DNA of 64,000 nt from Candidatus Woesearchaeota archaeon (GTDB lineage Archaea > Nanobdellota > Nanobdellia > Woesearchaeales > JABIAG01): contig JABIAG010000001.1 in NCBI GenBank assembly GCA_018653365.1, forward strand, positions 326,951 to 390,950. The letters are read 5' to 3'. Of the stretch, positions 47,480-56,323 are shown in pieces. The translations under genes and the position numbers were made by a program. Positions within the stretch are counted from its first letter, which is position 1, and each line of letters begins with the position of its first letter. A model generated the notes under the pieces. That model saw only the letters and a program-made list of their open reading frames with translations. It was not told the origin of the DNA and did no database searches.

Positions 47480-48913
47480 ATGAGTAAAGATGAAAAAGGA
47501 ATCACTGCAGAAAAAGATGAGTTTTCAGAATGGTTTACCCAAATCATGCTAAAAGCAGATCTAGCAGATTACACCAAAGTATCAGGTTGTATAGTATTCA
47601 AACCAACAGCCTGGGCAATATGGGAGAAAATAAGAGATCTAGTAGATATACGTATGAAAAAAATGGGAGTACAAAATGTTAGTTTTCCCTTATTCATCCC
47701 AGAATCATTACTAGTAAAAGAAGAAGAACACGTAGAAGGATTTACTCCAGAAGTAGCCTGGGTAACACATACAGGAAAAACTAAATTAGCAGAACGGTTA
47801 GCTGTACGTCCTACTTCAGAAGCAATAATGTACGATTCATTCTCAAATTGGATAAGAAGTTGGAGAGACTTACCATTAAAATATAATCAATGGGCAAACG
47901 TAGTAAGATGGGAATTTAAACACCCTGTGCCTTTTCTAAGAACAAGAGAATTTCACTTTAATGAAGGACATACCGTATACGCAACAGAAGCAGAAGCCGA
48001 AGCAGAAAAAGATCAGGTATTAGGTATGTATAAAGACATCTGTGATAATTATTTGGCAATGCCCTCTTTAATCGGTAAAAAAACAGAAAAAGAAAAATTT
48101 GCAGGAGCAGTATATTCCTGCTCATTAGAACATTATATGCCAAATGGCAAGGCAATCCAGGGAGCAGCATTCCATTCTGATGGACAAAATTTTGCAAAAG
48201 CATATGAGATTAAGTTTGTAAATCAAAAAGAAAAAAGCGAATATGCCTGGCAAAATACCTGGGCAATTTCAACAAGAACATTAGGAATAGTGTTTGCATT
48301 ACACTCAGATGATAAAGGATTAATTATGCCCCCAAAAGTAGCACCAAATAAGGTAGTAATAGTACCAATCATATTCGCAGATACAAAAGACAAAGTACTT
48401 GGTAAAGCAAGCAGTATAAAACAAAAACTCGAAAAGTACGGCACAATATTAGATGATCGAGAAGAATACAAGCCAGGATTTAAATTTAATGAATGGGAAA
48501 TGAAAGGAATTCCAATCAGAATAGAACTAGGACCTAAAGACCTAGAAAAAAATTCAGTAATGATTGCAAGAAGAGATACTGGAGAGAAGAAGAGTGTTAA
48601 AATAGATCAGGTTGAGGAAGAGGTAGAAAAATTACTCGAAGAAATTCAGATTAACCTATTCAATAAGGCTAAAAAATTGTTAGATGAAGCACAAGTTAAC
48701 GTAACTGATCTGGCTGAACTAAAAAAAGCAATTAAAGATAAAAAAATAGCAATAGCCCCTCTTTGTAAAGAGACAAGATGTGAAGAAGATCTTAAATTCA
48801 AGACTGGGGGAGCAAAAGTACTAAACATCCCTGATGAACAACCTGCTAAGACCAAATGTGTGATGTGTGGAGAAGACTCAGACTATGTAGCTAGAGTTGG
48901 AAAAAGTTATTAG
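47480..48913 (+). CDS. proS: prolyl-tRNA synthetase (archaeal/eukaryotic type)
   Basis: Class II motifs. Archaeal-type architecture with a C-terminal zinc-binding domain. 477 aa. Confidence 0.85.
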   Translation: MSKDEKGITAEKDEFSEWFTQIMLKADLADYTKVSGCIVFKPTAWAIWEKIRDLVDIRMKKMGVQNVSFPLFIPESLLVKEEEHVEGFTPEVAWVTHTGKTKLAERLAVRPTSEAIMYDSFSNWIRSWRDLPLKYNQWANVVRWEFKHPVPFLRTREFHFNEGHTVYATEAEAEAEKDQVLGMYKDICDNYLAMPSLIGKKTEKEKFAGAVYSCSLEHYMPNGKAIQGAAFHSDGQNFAKAYEIKFVNQKEKSEYAWQNTWAISTRTLGIVFALHSDDKGLIMPPKVAPNKVVIVPIIFADTKDKVLGKASSIKQKLEKYGTILDDREEYKPGFKFNEWEMKGIPIRIELGPKDLEKNSVMIARRDTGEKKSVKIDQVEEEVEKLLEEIQINLFNKAKKLLDEAQVNVTDLAELKKAIKDKKIAIAPLCKETRCEEDLKFKTGGAKVLNIPDEQPAKTKCVMCGEDSDYVARVGKSY

Positions 48914-48969
48914 TTTTTCTAAAATTAATTTAAATAAAAAAAATGGGTGTTAAAGTACACCCTAAAACT

Positions 48970-49122
48970 TTACTTAGCATTACCTAATATTTTGTACATA
49001 CCACAATTACAAACAGAACATTTGCCTTTCATAGCATTTCTTCCATTTTTCATGGTTACTTTTGTTGCACTTGCCATTTCTCTTTTTTCTTTACATTTAA
49101 CACAATATCCTTCTTCAGCCAT
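48970..49122 (-). CDS. small zinc-ribbon protein (50 aa; CxxC...CxxC), not in the ORF track
   Basis: Translation MAEEGYCVKCKEKREMASATKVTMKNGRNAMKGKCSVCNCGMYKILGNAK. Antisense to the listed ORF 48947..49153. Confidence 0.5.
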   Translation of the reverse strand: MAEEGYCVKCKEKREMASATKVTMKNGRNAMKGKCSVCNCGMYKILGNAK

Positions 49123-49376
49123 GTATATCACCTTTATAGTTTATAGAGAATAGATAACTGGGTCATTTATAAATTTTTAGAAAAAACAAGGCCAAAAACG
49201 AAAAAATGAGTTGTTTCTTGTGAGTGGTGTGAAAGTTAATTTTTGATGTTTTGATCTAACAAATTTGTCTTTTTTTGTGGATTATTCTTACTTGGTAGTA
49301 GATGCAGTTTGATCACAACATTTAAATATAATATGGTTAGGTTAGGACTTGGGGTGAAAAGATTTACATAAGTTTA

Positions 49377-50303
49377 TTGTGGTTAATACTATCTTTAGTA
49401 GCTTTAGTACTAAGTAGTCATTGGATGGTAAAATCTTTAGTAATCATATCTCGCTTCTTAAGAATGAGTGAATTTTTAGCAGCCTATATAATCATGGCAA
49501 TTTCAACTTCTCTGCCCGAGCTGTTTATAGGAATAAATGCGGCAATAAACCTGAATTCTTCTCTCTCACTGGGAAATGTAATCGGTGCAAATTTAGTTAA
49601 TTTATCTCTTGTAGCGGGAATTGGGTTAATTTTTGTGGGGAAGTTTACAGTAAAATCAAAAGAGATCAAACGTGATTCTCTACATATGTTCTTTATAGCA
49701 TTAGTTCCCTTGTTTTTGATGATTGTTGGGGGAGGACTGTCAAGAATTGATGGGGCAATATTAGTTTTTATCTTTGTAGTGTATAATTATTTGTTAATAA
49801 AAAAACAAGCAGCGCATACCAAATTACTTGAAAATCATGTAAAAAAATATCAGATGATTATCGCACCAGTTATTTTTGTTGGATGTTTGTTATTATTATT
49901 TGGAAGTTCACACTTTGCAATATTATTCGCATTAGAGGTATCGGGTGGGTTAGGTGTGCCAGCAATCTTAATTGGATTAGTTTTATTGGCTTTAGGAACA
50001 ACCCTTCCAGAACTATCCTTTACCTTGAGTTCTTTTATGAGCCATCATGGTGAATTAAGTTTAGGTAATCTGGTTGGATCCGTAATTACTAATTCAACGT
50101 TGGTTTTAGGAATTACTGCAATGATCTTTCCAATAGTTGCAGGATTTTTCACGTTTTTAATCGCATCATTGTTTATGGTGTTCGCGTTGTTCTTATTTGT
50201 GACTTTTATTGGTAGTGGAAAGTTGGGATATAAAGAAGGCATGTCTTTAGTGGGATTGTACGTGTTATTTATAATAATTCAAATATATGTTAATGTTTTA
50301 TAG
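49377..50303 (+). CDS. second CaCA-family cation/Ca2+ exchanger
   Basis: Alpha-repeats STSLPELF and GTTLPELS. 10 TM. Confidence 0.65.
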   Translation: MWLILSLVALVLSSHWMVKSLVIISRFLRMSEFLAAYIIMAISTSLPELFIGINAAINLNSSLSLGNVIGANLVNLSLVAGIGLIFVGKFTVKSKEIKRDSLHMFFIALVPLFLMIVGGGLSRIDGAILVFIFVVYNYLLIKKQAAHTKLLENHVKKYQMIIAPVIFVGCLLLLFGSSHFAILFALEVSGGLGVPAILIGLVLLALGTTLPELSFTLSSFMSHHGELSLGNLVGSVITNSTLVLGITAMIFPIVAGFFTFLIASLFMVFALFLFVTFIGSGKLGYKEGMSLVGLYVLFIIIQIYVNVL

Positions 50304-50451
50304 TCATATGTTGTGACTATAATGGGTGCAAGATGAAACTATGTTGGTTTCAGGGTGTTGCTTAAATAGTTATTGGTTGGCACCTAAATAGCTACAGGTT
50401 ATGACTATAAATCAAAAGGTTTAAAAGAGAAATCAGGTTAATTGAACTAGA

Positions 50452-50685
50452 ATGAAAAGAACTTACGACAAAATACGGAAATCAATCCTTGCAGCAATTG
50501 ATGGACCGCAAAAAATAATAAATGAAATTGCTAGAGTATCTAAGGTTAATTGGAAAACAGTACAAAGACATCTAACCTATTTTAAAGGAATGGGATTCAT
50601 AGAAGAAACATTCTCTTCACCGTATGTAAGAATATTTGAAATAACCGAAAAAGGAAAACAGGAGTTAAAAGAATGGAAATCCTAA
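50452..50685 (+). CDS. small winged-helix DNA-binding protein
   Basis: 77 aa. wHTH-like ...IINEIARVSKVNWKTVQRHLTYFKGMGFIEE. Overlaps the downstream glycogen synthase by 13 nt. Confidence 0.5.
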   Translation: MKRTYDKIRKSILAAIDGPQKIINEIARVSKVNWKTVQRHLTYFKGMGFIEETFSSPYVRIFEITEKGKQELKEWKS

Positions 50686-51875
50686 TGTTTGGATGGGAAT
50701 TTCCTCCAATGAAATCAGGGGGGTTAGGAACTGCTTGTTATGATCTATGTAAGGGTCTGTTTAAACAAGGAACCAAGGTAACTTTTGTAGTTCCAAGACT
50801 GCCCAAAACAATAAAAAGTAACTTTGTAAAATTATTAGGCGCAAATCAATATGCTAAATTAACTGAAGTGGATTCAATACTAACACCGTACATGACATCT
50901 AACCAATATTTGGATGTGTACGATAATCTTGATGTTGCAACAAAACAAAACTATGGGAAAAATCTTTTAGCTGAGGTAAAAAGATATACTCAAGCTGCAA
51001 TAAAGATAACTGAAAATGAAAATTTTGACATAATACATGTACATGACTGGATGACCTATGAAGCAGGACAGATCGCAAAAGAAAAATCAGGAAAGTCACT
51101 AGTTGCACATATTCATGCAACAGAGTTTGATCGAACAGGGGGCAATCCTAACATGGAAATTTCCCACAAAGAATATTTGGGATTGAATGCAGCAGATATG
51201 ATAATTGCAAACTCGGAATACACTAAAGATAATGTAATCAAAAACTATAAGGTCGATGCAGATAAGTTACGAGTTGTACACTGGGGAATAGCTGAAGACA
51301 GCCCAAGCTATCATTTGAATGCAGAATCTCCATTTAAAGACAGTAAAGTTGTTTTATTTTTAGGTAGAGTGACGATACAAAAAGGACCTGACTATTTTGT
51401 TGATATGGCAGAAAAAGTAAAAAAATACGTACCAAATGTTAAGTTTGTTTTTGCAGGAGATGGAGACATGTTTCCAAAAATTGTAGATCAGGTAATGGAA
51501 CGAGATCTAGCTGAGAATTTCGTATTCACTGGATTCTTAAGGGGAGAAGACGTACATAAAGCATTTCAAATGGCAGATTTATACGCAATGCCCTCTGTAT
51601 CTGAACCGTTTGGGTTAGTAGCACTAGAATCAATAAAAAACGGAACTCCTGTTTTGCTCTCAAAACAATCAGGAGTTGCAGAAGTATTAACCAATGCCTT
51701 TAAAGTTAATTTTTGGGATGTAGATGAAATGGCAAATAAAATAGTTTCATTTCTTAACCATCCTGCATTAAGTCATGATCTAAAAGCAAACACAATTGAA
51801 GAAGCAAAAGGATTTAATTTAGATGACCCTGCCAAAAAATGTTTGGACTGTTATGACGAGGTAAAAAAATGGTAG
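50673..51875 (+). CDS. glgA: archaeal-type glycogen synthase (GT5, Pyrococcus GS-like)
   Basis: FGWEFPPMKSGGLGTA (KxGGL motif) and SEPFGLVALESI match the P. abyssi glycogen synthase. Confidence 0.65.
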   Translation: MEILMFGWEFPPMKSGGLGTACYDLCKGLFKQGTKVTFVVPRLPKTIKSNFVKLLGANQYAKLTEVDSILTPYMTSNQYLDVYDNLDVATKQNYGKNLLAEVKRYTQAAIKITENENFDIIHVHDWMTYEAGQIAKEKSGKSLVAHIHATEFDRTGGNPNMEISHKEYLGLNAADMIIANSEYTKDNVIKNYKVDADKLRVVHWGIAEDSPSYHLNAESPFKDSKVVLFLGRVTIQKGPDYFVDMAEKVKKYVPNVKFVFAGDGDMFPKIVDQVMERDLAENFVFTGFLRGEDVHKAFQMADLYAMPSVSEPFGLVALESIKNGTPVLLSKQSGVAEVLTNAFKVNFWDVDEMANKIVSFLNHPALSHDLKANTIEEAKGFNLDDPAKKCLDCYDEVKKW

Positions 51876-53086
51876 ATATATGTTTTTATTTTCAGGTACA
51901 CCAACCCTTTAGAATGAAAAAATACTCTATTTTTCAAATAGGTAATGATGAAAAATATTTTGATTCAACAAAAAATCAAGAAATAATGCAAAAAGTAACA
52001 AAAAAATGTTATTTACCAACAAATAAATTGATGTTAGAACTTTTAAGAAAACATCCCGAATTCAAAATTGCATACTCCATTTCTGGAACTGCAATAGATC
52101 AATTTGAAAAATATAGTCCTGAAGTATTAGATACATTCAAAGAGCTAGCAAAAACAAAACAAGTTGAATTCTTGGATGAAACATACCACCATAGCTTGTC
52201 ATTTTTATACTCTAAAAAAGAATTTTACGACCAAGTAGAAATGCACACCCAGAAAATGCAAAAACTATTTGGAGTAAAACCCAAAGTTTTCAGAAACACC
52301 GAGTTAATATATAATAATGAACTTGCAGAATACGTAGAAAAAATGGGTTATAAAGGAATACTTGCCGAAGGTGCAGATCATGTTTTAGGCTGGAAAAGTC
52401 CGAATTTCTTATATCAACCAAGAAATACAAAAAAAATAAAATTATTATTAAAAAATTATAAATTAAGTGACGATATCGCATTTAGATTCTCAGATAAATC
52501 CTGGCCCGAACATCCACTTACAACAAAAAAGTTCGGGGGTTGGTTAAACAAAGTAAATGGAAATGGAATCTGTGTTAACTTATTTATGGATTATGAAACG
52601 TTTGGAGAGCATCAGTGGAGCGACACAGGAATATTCAAATTTATGAAAGGTTTACCTGCAGAACTATTAAAGCATCCTGATAACCAGTTTAAAACTCCGC
52701 TGGAGGTAGTAAACAGTCATGAAGCAGTAGACGAATTACATGTACCTCACACTGTAAGCTGGGCAGATACTGAACGAGATGTTTCAGCATGGTTAGGAAA
52801 CAAAATGCAACAAGCAGCAATATCTCGACTATATGCAATAGAAGAAGAGGTAAAACAATCAGAAGATAAAAAATTACTAGAAACCTGGAGAAGATTAACA
52901 ACATCAGACCATTTTTACTATATGTGCACTAAATGGTTCTCAGATGGAGATGTACACAAATACTTTAATCCCTATGAAACCCCCTACGATTCATTCATAA
53001 ACTTCATGAATATACTAAACGACATGCTTATCAGACTTAAGACTTCAAATTCACAAACAGGGATAGAAAAAGCTAAAGTATATTAA
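51869..53086 (+). CDS. glycoside hydrolase family 57 protein (alpha-amylase/glucanotransferase-like)
   Basis: N-terminal FQVHQP motif. DYETFGEH acidic catalytic region. Confidence 0.55.
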   Translation: MVDICFYFQVHQPFRMKKYSIFQIGNDEKYFDSTKNQEIMQKVTKKCYLPTNKLMLELLRKHPEFKIAYSISGTAIDQFEKYSPEVLDTFKELAKTKQVEFLDETYHHSLSFLYSKKEFYDQVEMHTQKMQKLFGVKPKVFRNTELIYNNELAEYVEKMGYKGILAEGADHVLGWKSPNFLYQPRNTKKIKLLLKNYKLSDDIAFRFSDKSWPEHPLTTKKFGGWLNKVNGNGICVNLFMDYETFGEHQWSDTGIFKFMKGLPAELLKHPDNQFKTPLEVVNSHEAVDELHVPHTVSWADTERDVSAWLGNKMQQAAISRLYAIEEEVKQSEDKKLLETWRRLTTSDHFYYMCTKWFSDGDVHKYFNPYETPYDSFINFMNILNDMLIRLKTSNSQTGIEKAKVY

Positions 53087-53114
53087 TGAGAAAAATAAAA
53101 AGAATAAAAAAGAG

Positions 53115-53573
53115 GTGAAAATGGCAAAGAAAACAGCAAAAAAAACTGCCAAAAAGAGTTCTAAGAAGAAAGTAGTCCGAAAACCAAAGAAAGCAGCAAA
53201 AATTGTAAAAAAGGTAAAAGTAAAACTTGTTAAGAAAAAAGTGGCAGCTAAAAAAGCTAAAACTCGAGTTGCAGTAACCGTAACAAGAAAAAGATTAGGA
53301 ACTGCACCCGAAGAATACCATTTTGTATTAAATGACGGGAATCGACTGAAAAACATACAGGAATTAACTGATGCTCTAGAAACAATGAGTGAAGATGTAT
53401 TCAAATATCACGCAAATGAATTCAAAAACGATTTTGCAAATTGGATCAGTGATGTGTTTGAGGAAAGCGATTTAGCAGAAGAAATAAAAAAAGCAAAGAG
53501 CAGAATAGAAACAAGAATAAAACTCTTGCAACGATTAGTAGATGAAGTAGTAAAACAAGGAAGAAAAAAATAA
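53115..53573 (+). CDS. protein with histone-H1-like lysine-rich N-terminal tail plus a helical C-terminal domain; hypothetical
   Basis: The first 55 aa are more than 50% Lys/Ala (AKKTAKKTAKK...). Sits inside the glycogen cluster. Confidence 0.4.
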   Translation: MKMAKKTAKKTAKKSSKKKVVRKPKKAAKIVKKVKVKLVKKKVAAKKAKTRVAVTVTRKRLGTAPEEYHFVLNDGNRLKNIQELTDALETMSEDVFKYHANEFKNDFANWISDVFEESDLAEEIKKAKSRIETRIKLLQRLVDEVVKQGRKK

Positions 53574-53585
53574 AAAAAGAGGGTT

Positions 53586-55385
53586 ATGATGAGTGAAAAG
53601 GCAAATGCAGATATATTACTAGAAGTAAGTTGGGAAGTTTGTAATAAAGTTGGTGGAATAAACACGGTTATTAAATCAAAAACTCCCCGAATACTTGAAC
53701 AGTATGGAGATAAAAAATATATTGCCATAGGCCCATATTTTGCAAATAAAGTTGCTGGAGAGTTCGAAGAGCTTCCTCACCCAAAAACATTTCACAAAAT
53801 ATGTAATGATCTTGAAAAAGAAGGAATAAAGTTACATTTTGGAAAATGGCTCATAAAAGGCGAACCTAAAACAATTCTACTAGATTTTCAAGATTATCTC
53901 AAGGCTGGAGACCAAATAAAAAAAGAGTTATGGGAAAAAAATGGCATAGATTCATTACGATCAGGATCAGATTATGGAGACCCCTTAATCTGGGGATATG
54001 CTGTAGGAAAGGTAATACAAAAAATAACTACTATTTTTCCAGACAAAAAATTAGTTGCACAATTCCATGAATGGCTAGCAGGATCAGCACTACTTTATCT
54101 AAAAAATAATAATGTTAAAATCTCAACCGTGTTCACAACACACGCAACAATACTTGGAAGAACACTAGCATCAAGCAATGTGGATCTGTATAAATATATC
54201 AAAAAATTTGATCCAACTAAAGAGGCATACAATTATGGAATAGAAGCCAAATTTTTACTGGAAAAGCAAGCAGCACAAAAATCAGATGTGTTTACAACAG
54301 TATCAGAAATAACAGGAATTGAAGCACAATACTTACTTGGTAGAAAGCCAGATGTCTTATTACCTAACGGATTAGACATGGAAAAATTTCCTACTTTTGA
54401 AGAAGCATCAATACAACATAGAATTACGAGAAACAGAATAAAATCTTTCTTATCATACTACTTTTATCCCTATTATCAAGTTAATATGGGTGATGTGCTA
54501 ATATACTTTTTAGCAGGAAGATACGAATTTAAAGATAAAGGAATAGATGTTTTCATCTCAGCATTATCAAAATTAAATGCTAAAATGAAAAAAGATAAGG
54601 TTAAAAAAACGGTAGTAGCATTCATTTGGGTTCCTGCAGATGCAGAAGCAATTAAACAACAAATTTTGATTAACAAAACAAACTTTGGGGATATAAAAGA
54701 CGAGCTAGCGGATGAAATGTCAGAAATAAATGAACGAATAATGTTTAACATATTAGCGGGTAAAGAGATCAAAACTAGTACTATTTTTGATTCTGCATTT
54801 ATTGCAACAACCAAGAAAAAAATAATGAAGTTTAAAGCAAAAGGTAACCCTGCAATGTCAACACACACATTGAGAAATAAAAATGACATAATCTTAAAAG
54901 AATTAGCAAAAGCAGGACTAGACAATTCTGAAAAAAATCCAGTGAAAGTAATATTTTATCCAATATATTTAACTGGAGCAGATGGTTTGCTGGACTTGAA
55001 CTATTATGAATGTATGCAGGGAAGTCATTTGGGAGTGTTCCCATCATTTTATGAACCCTGGGGATATACACCACTAGAAGCAGGAGCACTAGGCACAAGT
55101 TCAGTAACAACAGACCTAGCAGGATTTGGAAGATACATACAAAAAACTAAACTCAACCCAAAAACTCCCGGCGTTTTTGTACTAGAACGTGAAGGAAAAA
55201 GTGATGAAGCAATAAGTAATTCTTTAACTGACCTTATGTTCAAGTTTGCTAACTTTACTCGACATGAAAGAGTACAAAATAAAATTAATGCAAAAGCCAT
55301 AGCTGCGAAAGCAGATTGGAAATTTTTAATTAAAGAATACATCAAAGCACATAATTTAGCATTGAGGAAGATAGATTGGACCTAA
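53586..55385 (+). CDS. glycogen synthase, eukaryotic-like GT3 family
   Basis: N-terminal EVSWEVCNKVGGINTVIKSK, matching the GT3 glycogen synthase motif EVAWEVANKVGGIYTV. 599 aa. Confidence 0.8.
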   Translation: MMSEKANADILLEVSWEVCNKVGGINTVIKSKTPRILEQYGDKKYIAIGPYFANKVAGEFEELPHPKTFHKICNDLEKEGIKLHFGKWLIKGEPKTILLDFQDYLKAGDQIKKELWEKNGIDSLRSGSDYGDPLIWGYAVGKVIQKITTIFPDKKLVAQFHEWLAGSALLYLKNNNVKISTVFTTHATILGRTLASSNVDLYKYIKKFDPTKEAYNYGIEAKFLLEKQAAQKSDVFTTVSEITGIEAQYLLGRKPDVLLPNGLDMEKFPTFEEASIQHRITRNRIKSFLSYYFYPYYQVNMGDVLIYFLAGRYEFKDKGIDVFISALSKLNAKMKKDKVKKTVVAFIWVPADAEAIKQQILINKTNFGDIKDELADEMSEINERIMFNILAGKEIKTSTIFDSAFIATTKKKIMKFKAKGNPAMSTHTLRNKNDIILKELAKAGLDNSEKNPVKVIFYPIYLTGADGLLDLNYYECMQGSHLGVFPSFYEPWGYTPLEAGALGTSSVTTDLAGFGRYIQKTKLNPKTPGVFVLEREGKSDEAISNSLTDLMFKFANFTRHERVQNKINAKAIAAKADWKFLIKEYIKAHNLALRKIDWT

Positions 55386-56308
55386 GACGAGATTATTTTT
55401 TGGATAGATGGGTAATTATTAATCCTAAAAGAGGATTAAGACCACATCAGTTTACACATAAACCGAATCCAGGAAAAGCAAAAAAAGATTATTTTGCACC
55501 AGGAAATGAAATGACCACCCCAATGGAACTTGGGAGAGTTGGAACGGATAAAAAATGGGAAATAATGTGGTTCATGAATAAATTTCCAGCAGTACAAACA
55601 GACGGGGATTACACTATTCAAAGACACAACAAGTTTTACACTTTTTCTGCATCATACGGGTGGCACGAAGTAATCGTTGAAACACCTTCAGGAACAAAAC
55701 AATTATACAGTTTTACAAAAAAACAAGTAATGAAGCTATTGCGCGTGTATCAACAAAGGATCAAGGACGTACGTGGAAAAGAGGGAGTCAAATATGCCTC
55801 TCTGTTTAAAAATCATGGACCTGATGCAGGAACATCAATCGCGCACTCACATTCACAATTAATCGGCTATAATTTAGTGCCTGAAATAATAAAGCAAAAG
55901 TTAAAAAAATCACGAAAACACGGAAAGTGTTTGTATTGTGAAGTAATAGAGGCAGAAAAAGATTCTGATCGAAGATGTTTTGAAAATGAAATGTTTATAG
56001 CCTTTACTCCTTACGCATCTAGATTTAATTATGAAATTTGGCTAATGCCTAAAAAACACATATCTGACTTTAGTAAGTTAAATCCTTGGCAACTAGACCA
56101 ATTTTGTGATATATTTATGTTAATCTTAAAGAAATTAAAGAAAATAGGGTGTAGCTTTAATTTTTACTTTCAAAATTATGGCAAAATGCACTTTCATGTC
56201 GAGTTTTGTCCACGTATAGCAACCTGGGCAGGATTTGAATTTTCAACAGACACAATTATTAACTCAATGTCACCAGAAGAAGCAGCAAAGTTTTATCGGG
56301 ATAAATAA
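55376..56308 (+). CDS. galactose-1-phosphate uridylyltransferase-like HIT-family nucleotidyltransferase
   Basis: Zn Cys pair CLYCE. HIT-like AHSHSQL motif. 310 aa. Confidence 0.6.
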   Translation: MDLRRDYFLDRWVIINPKRGLRPHQFTHKPNPGKAKKDYFAPGNEMTTPMELGRVGTDKKWEIMWFMNKFPAVQTDGDYTIQRHNKFYTFSASYGWHEVIVETPSGTKQLYSFTKKQVMKLLRVYQQRIKDVRGKEGVKYASLFKNHGPDAGTSIAHSHSQLIGYNLVPEIIKQKLKKSRKHGKCLYCEVIEAEKDSDRRCFENEMFIAFTPYASRFNYEIWLMPKKHISDFSKLNPWQLDQFCDIFMLILKKLKKIGCSFNFYFQNYGKMHFHVEFCPRIATWAGFEFSTDTIINSMSPEEAAKFYRDK

Positions 56309-56323
56309 TTTTTTGGGGGAATT

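Noticed and set aside
53051-53728. Minus-strand ORFs 53051-53404 and 53408-53728, antisense to the K-rich protein and the GT3 synthase start
   Set aside because: Phe/Leu-rich translations of the complement of Lys-rich (AAA/AAG) coding sequence. Classic antisense artefacts.
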